A stretch of DNA of 59,011 nt, filler included, from Squatina squatina (Eukaryota): the NCBI GenBank assembly GCA_031763465.1. It is 4 parts of 4 records of this genome, joined end to end, with 100 filler letters (N's around TTAATTAATTAA, not from the genome) between each part and the next. Parts side by side here need not be neighbours in the genome. Positions count along the whole stretch, not along the records: positions 12,832 to 28,566 come from JARFOE010000219.1; positions 28,667 to 44,371 come from JARFOE010000072.1; 2 more parts are not named here. One strand, 5' to 3'. This document shows positions 26,520 through 38,372 of this stretch, in pieces (within the stretch, counting starts at the first letter, position 1; every line of letters begins with the position of its first letter). A model generated the notes under the pieces. It had not been told where the DNA came from and did no database searches. It worked only from the letters and a program-made list of their open reading frames with translations. The translations under genes and the position numbers were made by a program.

Positions 26520-27586
26520 ATATAGGATGCATACATTGTATAATCACACATGCGGCCATCCTCCTGATCTCAATATCAAACATGGTCTTGTGACTGCCAA
26601 GGTCTCTATCACTGACAACGCTCCTTTCAACCATTTCCTTATCGCCCTTACATGCCCTGTCTCCTCCCAATCTTCCCACCCTGGACAAAATTACCCTCAA
26701 CTGCCTCTCAAGCACCCTCTCAAACTCTGACTTCCCTCTGCCAGCCATGACACCAATGACACCTCAGTTGATCTGCTCCACAATTATCTCATGTCTACTG
26801 TTAATACTCTTGTGCCCCCTCAAAAACCTCCACAACCTCTGCTCCTTGGGAATAAACTTACACGGTGATAACTGACCGGGCAGTCCACGACGAGATCAGA
26901 TGAACCACCTCAAGTTTTACCATCACTCCCCTTCCATTGCCAAGTCTTTTTACTAGTCCAGTAGAGTCCTGGAGAGCAGAACCAACCCCAAACTCCTCTT
27001 CTCACCTCATTCCTTCACACTGCCCTCATTTCAATCACAGAATACGAGCAAATCAACCTTTTTCAAGTCTACAATCGAGGCCATTCGCACAGTTGCTCTT
27101 TTCTCTCATCCTAAATTCTAGCCCTATATTCCCACCTTCTAGTAGAGCCCTCATCTGTTTCACACTCATCGGCTTCTTCCCTATCTCCTGCTCTCGCTAC
27201 TTTCATTTTGTCCATAAAGCCCGCCACCTACTTCTGTGATTCCCTTCCCTTCCCATCCCAGCTCCTGATCACCTTCATCTCCTCAGTCACATGCTCACCA
27301 ACATTATCAACTTGTGTCTAATTGGCACTATCCCTATCTTCTGCAAAACTGCCATTATCATCCCTCCTTTAAAAAAAAATTAAAAAAAAATCTTATGCCC
27401 ACCTTACTCTCTAACTATCACCCTATCTCCAACATTTCCTTCCTTAAATTACTGGAATATGTTGTTACCTTTTATTATTCTCCCATCTTTCCCACCACGT
27501 CCTGTTAGAAAGCCTCCAAACCAGCTTCCACCAATCCCACAGTCCCCCAACCTAGTTACCGTCTCAACCTTTCCATTTTTCCCTCC
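26520..27586 (+). mobile_element. Decayed L2 LINE ORF2 (endonuclease end to RT start)
   Basis: HTCGHPPDL...VSITDNAPFNHFLI (APE end, SDH-like) and SNYHPISNISFLKLLEYVV (NYRPISNLPFLSK-like); C/T-rich + strand. Confidence 0.75.
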
Positions 27587-28029
27587 NNNNNNNNNNNNNN
27601 NNNNNNNNNNNNNNNNNNNNNNNNNNNNNNNNNNNNNNNNNNNNNNNNNNNNNNNNNNNNNNNNNNNNNNNNNNNNNNNNNNNNNNCATTCAATCTAAGT
27701 TTTAACCCTTTTGTGCTGTAACTCTTAAACTGATATAGTTTTGCGTCTCTTACTGACTCCTCTTCACAAGAGCCAAAGCAGGATAGTCGACAGAAAATAA
27801 CGTCGGAAGCAACGAGAACAGCTGTTAATTTGGAAGTGGAAGAGGACTGAAGAACTGAAAGGGTTAAGCTCTCCCGAGAAACTGTACTCGTGTCATATTT
27901 GGAGTATAAAAACAAAGCACAAAGATATTCGCTTCTGTATAAAATTAAACACAAAAGTTCAGCGGCCCACAAGAACTGAGCCAGAGAGTTGGAGACTCAA
28001 CCCCAACGTGACAGACATTCATCACCTCT

Positions 28030-28160
28030 TCACTGGAGTCTCATCCGTTTCTCAGGAGGAGCCTTGGTGCTTGAACTCTGCTGCGAGTTCTTTGTAGAGT
28101 CTTTCTCCTCCTGTTTGATGGTTTCCGTTGTTGGTTCGGATTCTTTTTTTACCTGCTCCA
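28030..28160 (-). CDS. MED6: Mediator subunit 6, last coding exon
   Basis: gcttttcag acceptor; (V)[42 protein letters not shown], matching the recalled MED6 C-terminus PPEKRMRLQ. Absent from the supplied ORF track. Confidence 0.93.
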
Positions 28161-28256
28161 CTGAAAAGCAAAAATATGCACATAAAAAAGGTCACGTTCG
28201 GTATATTTGTCTAGAAGCCCACCCTATTAGCTTGATTCACAAAAAAAAAACCTCAC

Positions 28257-28284
28257 CTGGCACAGGTTTGTCTCCAGATTTGGG
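28257..28284 (-). CDS. MED6: Mediator subunit 6, 28-bp penultimate exon
   Basis: ttttcag / CCC AAA TCT GGA GAC AAA CCT GTG CCA G / gtgagg = PKSGDKPVP(V); 96-bp intron, phase-compatible with the last exon. Confidence 0.9.
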
Positions 28285-28566
28285 CTGAAAATGAAAACCA
28301 AGAGTCAATATAAAGAACAGTTGGGACATTCGTAGCACAAGATCAGAGAAAATAAAATGTCTTACATTTCACTGTTCAGCAGTTACATTAATGTGCTGAA
28401 CATTACATTAACTCCTGTTCACTGTAATGAGCCCAGTGTTTCAAATGAGAGAGGCAACTCTCAATTGTACTTGGCTTCTCCAGAGGGTGAGATCAGCCAG
28501 TTTCCAGAGTCACTTGGTGGTTAAAGAGGATGTAGACGCTAACTAAGGTAACATTCTGTTCATTTC

Positions 28567-28666
28567 NNNNNNNNNNNNNNNNNNNNNNNNNNNNNNNNNN
28601 NNNNNNNNNNTTAATTAATTAANNNNNNNNNNNNNNNNNNNNNNNNNNNNNNNNNNNNNNNNNNNN
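28567..28666. other. Artificial scaffold linker
   Basis: N-run / TTAATTAATTAA / N-run. Confidence 0.97.
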
Positions 28667-28973
28667 GCGCCAGCTTCATGGTCCATGAAGTTGGCAGTAC
28701 CATCGCCGGCTTAGCATCCCGCGAGGCAATTTCCCACGCGGGCCACAAAGGAGTCAGCTCGAGACTGGAGCGCACGGCGATGATGTCATCGCTGGTTGCG
28801 CACCGGCCCGGAGTGCTAATCAAGTACTGTGGCGCTAATGGCCCAGCGCCTCCGCAACCTCCCATGCAATTTCCTGGAAGGTGATAGCACCTCTCCCCCC
28901 ATCCCCTGCCCTGGGTGAAAATTACTTAACAAGGCAATAACCAGGGCTATAAAAAGAGGCAATTTTGGCCCCC
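28667..28973. mobile_element. GC/CpG-rich non-autonomous element (Harbinger-type MITE end)
   Basis: CpG-rich block ending gcaattttggccccc. Confidence 0.5.
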
Positions 28974-29210
28974 TAGAGTGGAGATGAGAATTTCTTTCAC
29001 TCGGACTTGTCGGGATCGGGAACATTCGGCCTGAAAGGTGGTGGAAGCTGATTCCATAAATTTCAAAAGGGAGCTGGACAGACACTTGAGGATGAGGAAC
29101 TTACAGGGTTATGGACAAAAAGCAGGGATGTGGGACGAAGCACGTCTAAGACCCAGCACATGCACAATGTGTTGAATGGCCTCCTTCTGTGTTGTAAGTT
29201 ACTATGATTC
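28974..29210 (+). mobile_element. CR1 LINE 3' end
   Basis: ttcaaaagggagctggacagacacttg (FKRELDRHL) and tail gaatggcctccttctgtgttgtaagttactatgattct. Confidence 0.75.
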
Positions 29211-29521
29211 TTTTGATCCACGATTCTGCCATCTCTTTGTAGAATGGCCACAACACCATCATGCAATAATGCATTAGCTCATCCATTTACTTTTACAGAC
29301 AATCTCAAATTGGGTCAAACATCTTGATGGGACAAGCTTTATTACAGGCAAAAGGTACACATAAGTACTTGACTAAATACTGTTTCCACTGGTTACCACA
29401 AGGAATGAATATTCTACTGGANNNNNNNNNNNNNNNNNNNNNNNNNNNNNNNNNNNNNNNNNNNNNNNNNNNNNNNNNNNNNNNNNNNNNNNNNNNNNNN
29501 NNNNNNNNNNNNNNNNNNNNN

Positions 29522-29724
29522 CTATACATGCTATCCACAATGATCTCAGTCTCGTGGATGTCCCACAGTGTCCCCAGCCGCAGCTCCAGATTCGAAACGC
29601 AGATTTCGAGTAGCTGCAGCTGGAGACACTTCCTGCCCACGTGTTCGCCCTGGACACTGGAAGTGTTCCTGAGTTCCCACATTGCACAGGAGGAACATTC
29701 CACATGGCCGAGCTGTCCTGCCAT
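29522..29724 (-). mobile_element. CR1 LINE ORF1 N-terminus (Zn-finger/leucine-zipper)
   Basis: MAGQLGHVECSSCAMWE...EHVGRKCLQLQLLEICVSNLELRLGTLWDI: CxxC, degenerate second CxxC and heptad leucines; truncated by a gap. Confidence 0.75.
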
Positions 29725-29929
29725 GAATTACCCTTAAATTACTCTGTTTACTTCCTTTAAATTAAATATTAATTACACTGGGGACCTTATTTCACTCTAA
29801 ACACGACTTACCACAAACTAGACCTTACCTTGTGTAGTATCAGTGCAAATTAATACCATTAGAATGTTTGACATTCGTACATTTTCAAATTTTGTGTGTG
29901 TAACATACTTGTGGATGAAAAATACTTAC

Positions 29930-30061
29930 TGGTGCATACGTGCTCTACTGAATGGTGCTGTATAGCAATCGGTCTCCTCCAGATCTGGCAGAGCCTCTTT
30001 ATCGAGCTTCATTGGATTTCTTGGCAACCAACTCTTCAGCTGTCGCAGATTCCTCTGAACA
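29930..30061 (-). CDS. ANO3: Anoctamin-3, internal 132-bp exon
   Basis: gcttgttag acceptor and gtaagt donor. Encodes [43 protein letters not shown], aligning to recalled ANO3 [29 protein letters not shown]. Confidence 0.92.
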
Positions 30062-32569
30062 CTAACAAGCAAATGCCAGACTACTGATATTTAAAATGAA
30101 ATGCACTTAAATAATCCTAGAAGGTTAGCTTAAAATTGGATACTTTGGAAGTGAAACGGCAATTACACTTTGTCAGAACATGCACAAGAATCAATCATAA
30201 GCTCACTGCATTTCTTCGCAAATCTACAAAATACTGCAAGCCAAGACCTATGTGACTACTAAACAACAAAATAGAGCTGATGTTTACTGTTCAAATCAAA
30301 GTAAAGCATGCTATGTATTTATTGCTTGTTTTATTAATTTTGTCTTGAATTCTTTCTAATGCACTGAGGTTTAGATTTTTTTCAGTAACTAATATTTATT
30401 CATCAAGAAATTACTGATTACAATGCTTTCCTTTGTATCGTTTACATGTCTACATTAAATCATTATTTTGTAAATGCCTGCAATATTCTTTCAGTAACAG
30501 CATTGGGAATGGTATGAATATTGGGAAGGGCCGGCTTACTTATCACGTAACCAATCTAAACTTTGTGCAAAAGTATTATGTCTTACAAATTATATAGCAT
30601 ATTGGACAATGTGATTTGAAGTGAATGTTATAAAACATTGTCATTTGAGCTTTACACCAATACTGATTGTACCATTAGTTGGAGAGACAATTAGTTTGGA
30701 GATGGGTAGAATGTACAGAGCAATTCATTGTCAAAGGTTTAAAAAGAATTAAAACCTCTGGTGTTATTGTTGTTTGTCACTACAGGATAACAAATCTGGT
30801 GATAATGTTTAAAATTCTGTCTGACTGTCACATGGTGCACTGTGGGCCACAGTCAACTCTGAGGTACATCCCAGGATAACCATTAATCGTATGGTTAGAT
30901 ATTGTATTGTGAGTGGCTTCACTCACTCAAACTAAGCATGAGCTTTAACTGCTCTCCCATTTAATGATCGGTTTTATCAACCACTGCCAAAGTAAAAGCC
31001 ATCAAGGCCATGAAAATGCATCTGACGTTCCTGCCGTGCATTCTAGAAAAGTTGTTTCCATCCCTGTGATACATTACTTCAAAAGGAAATTTATAGCGTA
31101 AAAGCAAGCAAACCAAATTACTCATGCAGTGGAGACATGCAGTTAGGGCAGTGTTTCCCAAACTAGGATGCCACTCCAAAGGTGGAGTGTGGCGAGCTGG
31201 TCAAATGTTGCTGTTTTAAGAAAGAATTGCAGGCGAGAAACGAGAAAGCATTTTGACATTCACCCTAACAGGTGACGTGGACAAGTTTGAGTTTCCAACC
31301 GGCACAGACAGAATACTTGACCAATGTGGAAATGGGAAAACAGGTATTGCAATTTTGTTCCTTTGGAAGGCATCACATTAGGTCTATTATTTGATAGTAA
31401 AAGTGTTCCAGCTAATTGTATAACTTTGACTAAACTATATGTCACATTAGATGCATTATTGAAGACCTTTAAGAATTAATTTTTCTCTGTAAGTAAACAA
31501 CTTTGAAAATTTGAAGCCCTAATTTTAACTCAGAGCACATTTGGGGCAGGTGCAAGATGGAAGGACAGCCCCCATAGACACCTCGGTGTGAGGGTGGGCC
31601 ATTTCAACTCCAGAGCCTCATTTATCTTTCTCTGCCCGGTCCCCTGCCTGAAGCTGATGGGAATGACTCAAGAAACGATGGGCGGGAGTGGGAAATCAGG
31701 CAGAAGGCTAACACAGCCAGGGGACCCAAAGGAATGGACACCAGCAACGTAAGTGGTTTGGGGGGTGGTGGGGGACAGGTGGGAGGGGGGGGAATTGGGA
31801 ATTTGCTCCAAGGTGGGGTCAGAAATAGAGTTAGCTGAATAATGCAGCTTGCCCCCGTAAGGAATCCATAAGGCAGATTGAAAGGATGCGACGGTGCGCC
31901 TGGCTGGTATAATATTGACATCGCTGCGCGCTGTGAGTGGAATACATTCCAGAGAATGATCATAATACGATTGGTTGTACGGGCTATAGAGTGCAGCTGG
32001 TTACACTTTACAAGCACAGCTCCTTATAAAACCAGTGCTTCACCAGGTTGCCCCTTTCACTATGGCTGCCAACCATGGGGCGCTAACGGGGCATNNNNNN
32101 NNNNNNNNNNNNNNNNNNNNNNNNNNNNNNNNNNNNNNNNNNNNNNNNNNNNNNNNNNNNNNNNNNNNNNNNNNNNNNNNNNNNNNNNNNNNNNTGATGA
32201 AGTTTTTGATCACCTGGCCTAATATCTCATGTGGTTCATTGTCAAATTTTGTTTGGTAACACTCCTGTGAAGCAACCTGGAACATTTTACTATGTTAAAG
32301 GTGCTATATAAATGCAAGTTGTTGTATAACAATTTATGGTCATCTCCTGGAAATGTTTGTATTGATTCCATTTTCTCTTTCTTTCTATTTGTTATTCCTT
32401 TCTTTTGTGTTTCCTCACTGAAATCCACTAAATTAGATTCTACCATCTCCAGGGCATTAGAACAGACCACACCCCCCGCCATAGCTACCCTGTAGGGTTG
32501 CAACCCTCCCAGATTGCCTGGGAGTCTCCTAGAACGGGGGACGAATCTCCCAGATACTGCTTCTAGCAG

Positions 32570-32875
32570 TAAAAACAGAAAATACTAGAAATACTCAGCA
32601 GGTCAGGCAGCATCTGTGGAGAGAGAAACAGAGTTAACATTTCAGGTCAATGACCCATCGTCAGAACTGGAAACAGTTAGAGATGTAGCAGGTTTTTAAG
32701 CAAGTGTAGGGGCAAGGAAAGTGGGGAGGGGAGGAAACAACAAAAGGAAAGATCTGTGATAGGGTGGAAGGCAGAAGAGATTAGGAGACAAAAGGGACGA
32801 TGATGCAAGGCAAATGGAGATGGTAACGGGGCAAGTTAAAAAATAAAGGATGAGTCTAGATAGGGTGCAAATGGA
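32570..32875 (-). mobile_element. Penelope-like element pseudo-LTR fragment
   Basis: Reverse complement closely parallels 58575-58865 (caccctatctaga ... tctctctccacagatgctgcctgacc.gctgagt.ttt.c.agc.tttt); contains a hammerhead core. Confidence 0.7.
32632..32668 (-). ncRNA. Minimal type I hammerhead ribozyme motif
   Basis: Minus strand: AGTT-CTGACGA-tgggtcattgacct-GAAA-TGTT-AACT. Stem I is AGTT/AACT, the core is CUGAnGA...GAAA, stem II is a ggtc/gacc hairpin, and stem III is very short with a GUU cleavage triplet. Confidence 0.7.
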
Positions 32876-32886
32876 AATGTATTTAC

Positions 32887-33117
32887 AAGCATCATCAACA
32901 ATGGAAAGTATTTTGTTGATCAGCTGACCTTTCTCATATGATACATTTGTGGAAGATGGTCCTGCGCTTAGTGTCTCCTTCTGGTTGGATGGCTGCTGTG
33001 AAGAATGTCTGTTCAGATTGATAGGTAGTGTCTGGCTCTGAGCCAAACAGGGCAAGCTTCTTCTGGATGGCTTCAATGGTTGTTCTTTGATAATGCCACT
33101 GATACTTGTGTTCATTC
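32887..33117 (-). CDS. ANO3: Anoctamin-3, coding exon 2
   Basis: tctctttttttag acceptor and gtaaat donor; phase 1-1. Encodes (G)MNTSISGIIKEQPLKPSRRSLPCLAQS...IVDDA; LKPSRRSLPCLAQS matches the recalled ANO3 N-terminus. Confidence 0.88.
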
Positions 33118-33873
33118 CTAAAAAAAGAGAATTACAAATGCTTTGATCAATTTCAAAACAGTTCCATGTCTCAGGGGGCTCATAATTTTTCTTTAATGTT
33201 TTCCACAACACTTTGTGGTGTAACTTCTTGAAAAATAAGGATTTGCATAATTCTGATGAAAAAGGACTCGGAATAATACAGGACGCTCAAATTATTGTCC
33301 CACTGCTACTTGCTACTGTCCAAACATTTCTTGACCAAACATTTGATGTCACAGCAAACATTGTTCCAATAATGGCATTTGTTATGACAAAAAAAACTAA
33401 AGATAATGGAGCTGAATTTGCAATTGGAGGCTTCCTGCGTGAGGATGCCTCCGATCGCAAATATTTCTAGGAACTTATNNNNNNNNNNNNNNNNNNNNNN
33501 NNNNNNNNNNNNNNNNNNNNNNNNNNNNNNNNNNNNNNNNNNNNNNNNNNNNNNNNNNNNNNNNNNNNNNNNNNNNNNGCTATGTTGTCATTTCATCATT
33601 CCTGGCTACTGGCCTAAATTTTGCAGCCTTGCTTAAAACTTGATCTGACATTCAGATGGACAGGGTTATGTAAAGACACAGCACAAACAATAGAATGTAA
33701 AACAATAACCTTCATCTAGACAATGTAAAATATATATGCAAATAAGGACATTAAGGTACACTGCAAAGCACATTGCAATCTGCATGCTTTCTTTTGCTAT
33801 ATGGTGCTGATGCCAAGGCTAGCGGCATAGTGATGAAGCCATAGATTTAACAACAATCCAAAGTATTACTGAC

Positions 33874-33919
33874 CCTTTTGTTGTTTGAAGGATTGAATGG
33901 ACCTCGAGTGATGCACCAT
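33874..33919 (-). CDS. ANO3: Anoctamin-3, first coding exon
   Basis: ATG GTG CAT CAC TCG AGG TCC ATT CAA TCC TTC AAA CAA CAA AAG G / gtcagt = MVHHSRSIQSFKQQK(G), versus recalled human MVHHSGSIQSFKQQKG. Confidence 0.93.
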
Positions 33920-35074
33920 CTTCCCTTTATTCAATGTTCACAAAAAAAATCCCACAGTACTCAATGGAGTATTGTACCGAGCTTCTCCTCTTTCACCGAG
34001 GGACTTTAACAGCTTGCTGCTCACAAATACACAGGAGCTTCTGAAGCACTGCGCAACCCGACACCTGCTTTATGGAGCACTTTGCTCAAAGACCTACTCT
34101 GTGCTGTTACCATAGTGACAGAATGGGAGGTCCTGCAACACACTCCCCTCCCGTGAAAACTCTTACAATATTATGGCACATCATCATGCAAATTTAAGTA
34201 ATCTATATACTAGGAGAGATAGCTGCACATTTGTATTTGCTTGCGGAACATTACACCCGAATGAAGAAGTATAAATTATGCAGCTGATTCATCAAACTTC
34301 CCCTTAGGCAGTCATCGTTTGATCAAAAATAAGGTTATAATCCAGTCATTAAAACTATACATTGGAGCTGATATACCTCTTGTATTCTCAAGTACAACTG
34401 GTAACNNNNNNNNNNNNNNNNNNNNNNNNNNNNNNNNNNNNNNNNNNNNNNNNNNNNNNNNNNNNNNNNNNNNNNNNNNNNNNNNNNNNNNNNNNNNNNN
34501 NNNNNGCCAGGGATCGCGGCGGGGCGGGCAGACCTGGCCAGGGATGGTGATCGGAGGCCTCGGGGCAGGTATGGTCAGGACCCTGGATTCAGGAGGTAGG
34601 TATAAAGCAATTTACCTCCTGGATGTAGCAGTCCCCACCTTGGTTTAACTGCAGGGTTTCACGGATTGTGTGAAACCCGTCCACAGGCAGTTAAACATAA
34701 AATGGAGGTGAAAGATAGAGGCTTGCAGCCTCATTGCAATATTTAAATTGAGGTAATGCACCCTGGGAGCGGGTTGGTCGCCCCCCCACCACTCCCCCCA
34801 ATCAAAACCGGAAGTGGGCAGGTTGGAGGCGGGATCAGGTCGAGAATCCCATGTTTAAAACTTCAACTGCCCTCACGCTCCAAACCCACCAGTTTTTTTT
34901 AAGGGGAAAATTCCGGCCTTCATTACATCATTTATTCCAAAAGGCTTTCGCCTTTATACATTTGCTGTTTGATTTCCATGTTTTCTGCATTAATATTTAC
35001 TGACTCAGGTACATATTGAAATAGTTACATCCTTAAAGATTAAGAAAAGAAACTGAAAATGAAGGAGATCTTAA

Positions 35075-35285
35075 TAAATGCAGTAATTTCTGGAAATACA
35101 CAGCAGCTCAATTATCGTCTGGAGGGAGAAAAGAAAAGTTCAGATTTTGGGTGTACACTCTCATGTTTCAGTTTTCAGTTCTGATGAAGGGTATCCCCCG
35201 AAACTAAACATATGTCTTCCTTTGACGGATGGTCACTGGCCTGCTGTGCATTTCCAGACTTTGTTTTGATTTCATATTTTTATTT
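35075..35285. mobile_element. Inverted-repeat pair of Penelope-like pseudo-LTR ends with a hammerhead core
   Basis: ctggaaatacacagcag (35090-35106) is the reverse complement, with 1 mismatch, of ctgctgtgcatttccag (35241-35257). Between them lies agttCTGATGAagggtatccccCGAAA (35177-35203). Confidence 0.65.
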
Positions 35286-38041
35286 TAAACTCTTTGCAGT
35301 AGTATTCACAATCCTAGAATGAGACCAGCTATAATGTGGCTATAATGCTGGATAATGTCAATGGTGCGGGGTTGTTGTAGGCTTGCCTCAGTGCACAGGG
35401 AAAATGTGAAATCACTCTACGTACTGCGGTCCAGTAAATGTAAAAATAGGGGCCATGGCCTCTGATCTACTTGAAAACAGATTGTCCTACAATTTAGCTT
35501 CAAACCCCTGGATATGCCACAAACTCCGCAACAGAGAAGCCTTCAAATCACTCCCCCTACTGGATATCATACACTATAAATAAGCTTTGCCCATGACTCC
35601 CATAGAGAGGATCTTGTTCAACTATATGCCCACACTAGAGGGCAGACTTCTCACTGTTGAAACATCTGTAGTTCTGCCGCAGGCAGCGTTAAGTGACAAT
35701 AATTCAAAGCCTTCACTTTCTCTGACTGTATTTTACCTCAAGTAGCATTTTGACAAAGATTAATTTAATTTTCATTATATCTTCTGATTCCTGCACTGGT
35801 CACAAGCATCTTCAACCAGCAAAAACATCAAGAAAAAGTCATAAAAGCTTTTCACAAGTTGTGTTTACTCTTAAATGCAACAGGGGCTCAAATGGTATGC
35901 TTTCGTGGCCTGGTGGCGCTTCCCGGGCGTGAAATCAGCAGAGAGTGAAAAAATGATAAAATGCAGCATTGGGCCTAGCGCCCGGGCGGCGTATAAGCCT
36001 CGTTGTTATGGACNNNNNNNNNNNNNNNNNNNNNNNNNNNNNNNNNNNNNNNNNNNNNNNNNNNNNNNNNNNNNNNNNNNNNNNNNNNNNNNNNNNNNNN
36101 NNNNNNNNNNNNNCCAAATTGGGAGGTCTGTGGCCGGCCCGTAATTGGGCCTTGGACCTCATTTACATTGTTTGGAGCCTGTCGTGCCCTCCACAGGTAG
36201 CTCACCCTTTTTACTTAAATGAATTTCAAAGCGGATTGCTTCACTGGCAACGGGTGTGGGGCCATCACAAGTACTGTAGAAGAGAACTCCTTCTCCTCAG
36301 GGACTTTTTTAAAAATCTTACCTCTTGCTGACCATTGCTGCTTAGGATGCGGCCACTGCTGAAGAATCCAATTCAGCAGAGAGGGCCTACAACAGGAGTT
36401 AAGCCCCTCATATCTGTATGTAAGGAGCCTAACACTTGTTTTGGACAGCTGCCAGGGATGCTTACAAAATGGCCTGACCCAATACTTCAGGCGTCCTTTC
36501 GATGCGAGATGTTGATCATTGAAATTGGCCTTCATTTTGCCGATGTTACACCCGTAAAATGGGCATAACAAAATGCAATTTCTACCACTATCAGGGTCAT
36601 CAAGGCTGTTTATCTACTCTTGATAGTACACCAATGGAACAATGAAGCATATTAAGGGTGGATCCTTTATCCCAATTATCATAATGGCCTGGTTTATCGC
36701 TGTCATACACTTTGTTTACTGATAAGATCAACTTTCTATTAAAAATACCCGTTGATCTATCCCTTATGCTTAATTTACTCATTATTCCCTTGAACTAATT
36801 CACTTTCGCCGGTAATTCACTTAATTTGTTCTCCTGCACTAATTTTACAAAAAAATGAAGTACACTTTTGCATTAACTTACTCTGACAGGGCAGCAAAGT
36901 AAATCCTCAAAATAGTACTGCATTTTTTCGACTCTGACAGCTAATATGGTCTTTATCAGGAACTGCTGTGTTTAAAAGTTCAAAAGTCTAGATTTATACC
37001 TTCCACGTTTTTGGCCATTTTATGTTGTTCCATTGCTGTCAAATGAACTGCGCCGTTGGGCTTCTGAGTTACGACATCGTNNNNNNNNNNNNNNNNNNNN
37101 NNNNNNNNNNNNNNNNNNNNNNNNNNNNNNNNNNNNNNNNNNNNNNNNNNNNNNNNNNNNNNNNNNNNNNNNNNNNNNNNTTGACTTCAGTGACTAATTA
37201 GCGCTGACTGTTTCCCAAGAACCAGAAATCGTGAAACTCACTGCAGCATCAGTAAAGAGCACACACTACGCACCTTATTGTCCACTGGATGACGATAGTA
37301 TGATTCAGTCTCAGTAAGAAAAATGGTTTATTGCAGCCTTCTTTCACTATTTCCATTAATTCTAATGAAAACCAAGTTCTAACTCGCCTCCTACTTTCCT
37401 TAATTTAAGTCTATTTATCTAAAAAAAAAGATTAACTTGTTTGTAGTAAAAACACATCATGCTTCAGTGTAGAATATGACACCTGTACTGTTTTGAACGA
37501 AAATGGCTGAAGTGATTGGCAAAGGGAATCATTTCAAATGCAAAACTGTTCTACTGTGTGATCTGCAGTGCTCCTGCAGCAGACAACTATGCATTTTCAT
37601 GACTAATAGCCACAGTCTCTAAATGTCCTCATTTTGCTCTGATTTTTGTGATCCGTTTCTCAATCTTGAAGAGTTGTAGGTTTACATCTGAAAAATAAAG
37701 ATGGCATGGATGAATTTAAATGTTGCTATTTTTGAAAGGGCACCATCCTCACAAAAAGTGCATGAAAAAATTTTTCTTTGCTTTGCATGCTGTAATGAAG
37801 ACAGCCAGCCATGTCACAATTACCCTTAACTCGAAGCATTATCAAACAAAATTTAATACCGAGCCATTAAAGGAGCTGTTAGGATAGCTGACCAAAAGCT
37901 TAGACAAAGAGGTAGGTTTTAAGGAGGAGAGAGAGGCCGAGNNNNNNNNNNNNNNNNNNNNNNNNNNNNNNNNNNNNNNNNNNNNNNNNNNNNNNNNNNN
38001 NNNNNNNNNNNNNNNNNNNNNNNNNNNNNNNNNNNNNNNNN

Positions 38042-38372
38042 ATCTAGGTCGCTAATAAATATGGTGAGTAGTTGAGGCCCCAACACAGATCCCTGTCCAT
38101 TATCCCTACTCTCTGTCTCCTGCCGCTCATCCAATTTCTTAACCAGGTCAAATATTTTCCCTCAATTCCATGAGCTTCAACTTTAGCTAACAGTCTCTTT
38201 TGAGGGACTTTATCGAAGGCCATCTGGAAGTCCATGTAAATTACATCCATGGACATTCTTCTGTCCACTACTTTGGTCACCTCTTCAAAAAAATCTCATC
38301 AAGCTCGTCAGGCATGACCTACCCTTTACAAATCCATGCTGGCTCTCTCTGATCAGCTGAAAATTTTCAAGA
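38042..38372 (-). mobile_element. CR1 LINE reverse transcriptase fragment
   Basis: MDVIYMDFQMAFDKVPQKRLLAKVEAHGIEG...WMSGRRQRV and QGSVLGPQLLTIFISDLD. Confidence 0.92.

Noticed and set aside
33252-33280. Other CTGATGA occurrences (also ~11141, 43423, 55421)
   Set aside because: No stem II hairpin followed by GAAA; not hammerheads.
33213-33470. 85-aa plus-strand ORF antisense within ANO3 intron 1
   Set aside because: Non-ATG start, no homology recognised, length within chance expectation.
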